Below the pieces are notes generated by a model. That model saw nothing but the letters and a program-made list of their open reading frames with translations. It was not told the DNA's origin and made no database searches. A stretch of DNA of 63,764 bases, counting the filler, from Phoronis australis (lineage: Eukaryota; Animalia; Phoronida): NCBI GenBank assembly GCA_002633005.1. It is 8 parts of 8 records of this genome, joined end to end, with 100 filler letters (N's around TTAATTAATTAA, not from the genome) between each part and the next. Parts side by side here need not be neighbours in the genome. Positions count along the whole stretch, not along the records: positions 61,632 to 63,764 come from NMRA01003837.1; 7 more parts are not named here. One strand, given 5' to 3'. Both the position numbers and the translations under genes were made by a program. This document shows, one piece after another, positions 63,497-63,764 of this stretch (positions are counted from its first letter, which is position 1; every line of letters begins with the position of its first letter).

Positions 63497-63764
63497 AGGA
63501 GCATGCCACCCAAAAAACAACCTAATTTGTATCAATTTAGATCGAATAGTTCTCCTCGATAGCGGCACGTACGGTTGCGTTACCTGACACCTGACGGCAG
63601 ACGGAGGTGATGAAATTTTCCACTAGCTGACGTCATCGGTTTCACATGCAGTCTGTTCAGCAGTTCACAACACGGGTAAGTGGTGTCGGCTTATCGCTTG
63701 AATTCATCGTTTAACACCAATAAATGATCAAACTTCGATGTAAAACCCTTAAAAATACACCGAG
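63497..63764 (+). mobile_element. Kolobok-like DNA transposon end (copy 2, runs off the window)
   Basis: TTAA then AGGAGCATGCCACCC; inverted homologue of 36521-36809. Confidence 0.7.

Overview
This is eukaryotic, intron-rich, AT-rich animal (probably invertebrate) genomic DNA, not prokaryotic. Seven identical 100-bp spacers (N44-TTAATTAATTAA-N44) split the window into eight assembly segments, so neighbourhoods across spacers carry no biological meaning. Host genes recognised by manual splicing: OTUD6B (+, 8 exons, last exon lost at a spacer), the three 3' exons of a DEG/ENaC (ASIC-like) channel (-), seven internal exons of HMG-CoA reductase (-), two tandem mucin-like type I membrane protein genes (-, one with an in-frame TGA) and a tentative spliced coiled-coil gene (-). 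The rest is mostly mobile DNA: two copies of one Jockey/I-like LINE family with TSDs and a structured 3' end lacking a poly(A) tail, two Penelope-like relics with degenerate hammerhead ribozymes, a Ngaro-type tyrosine-recombinase retrotransposon, ISL2EU, Harbinger and Kolobok-type DNA transposon remnants, Helentron-associated (DINE-1/pearl-like) repeats carrying CTCF-like motifs, MITEs and mini/microsatellites. No rRNA, tRNA or CRISPR array was found. I did not find a convincing new multi-gene system. The best leads are a natural Thr at the channel's degenerin site, the LINE 3' RNA structure, the hammerhead present in only one arm of an inverted Penelope pair, a GC splice donor in OTUD6B and an AP-1/E-box tandem array. 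All family assignments come from motif recognition by eye; no database search was run.
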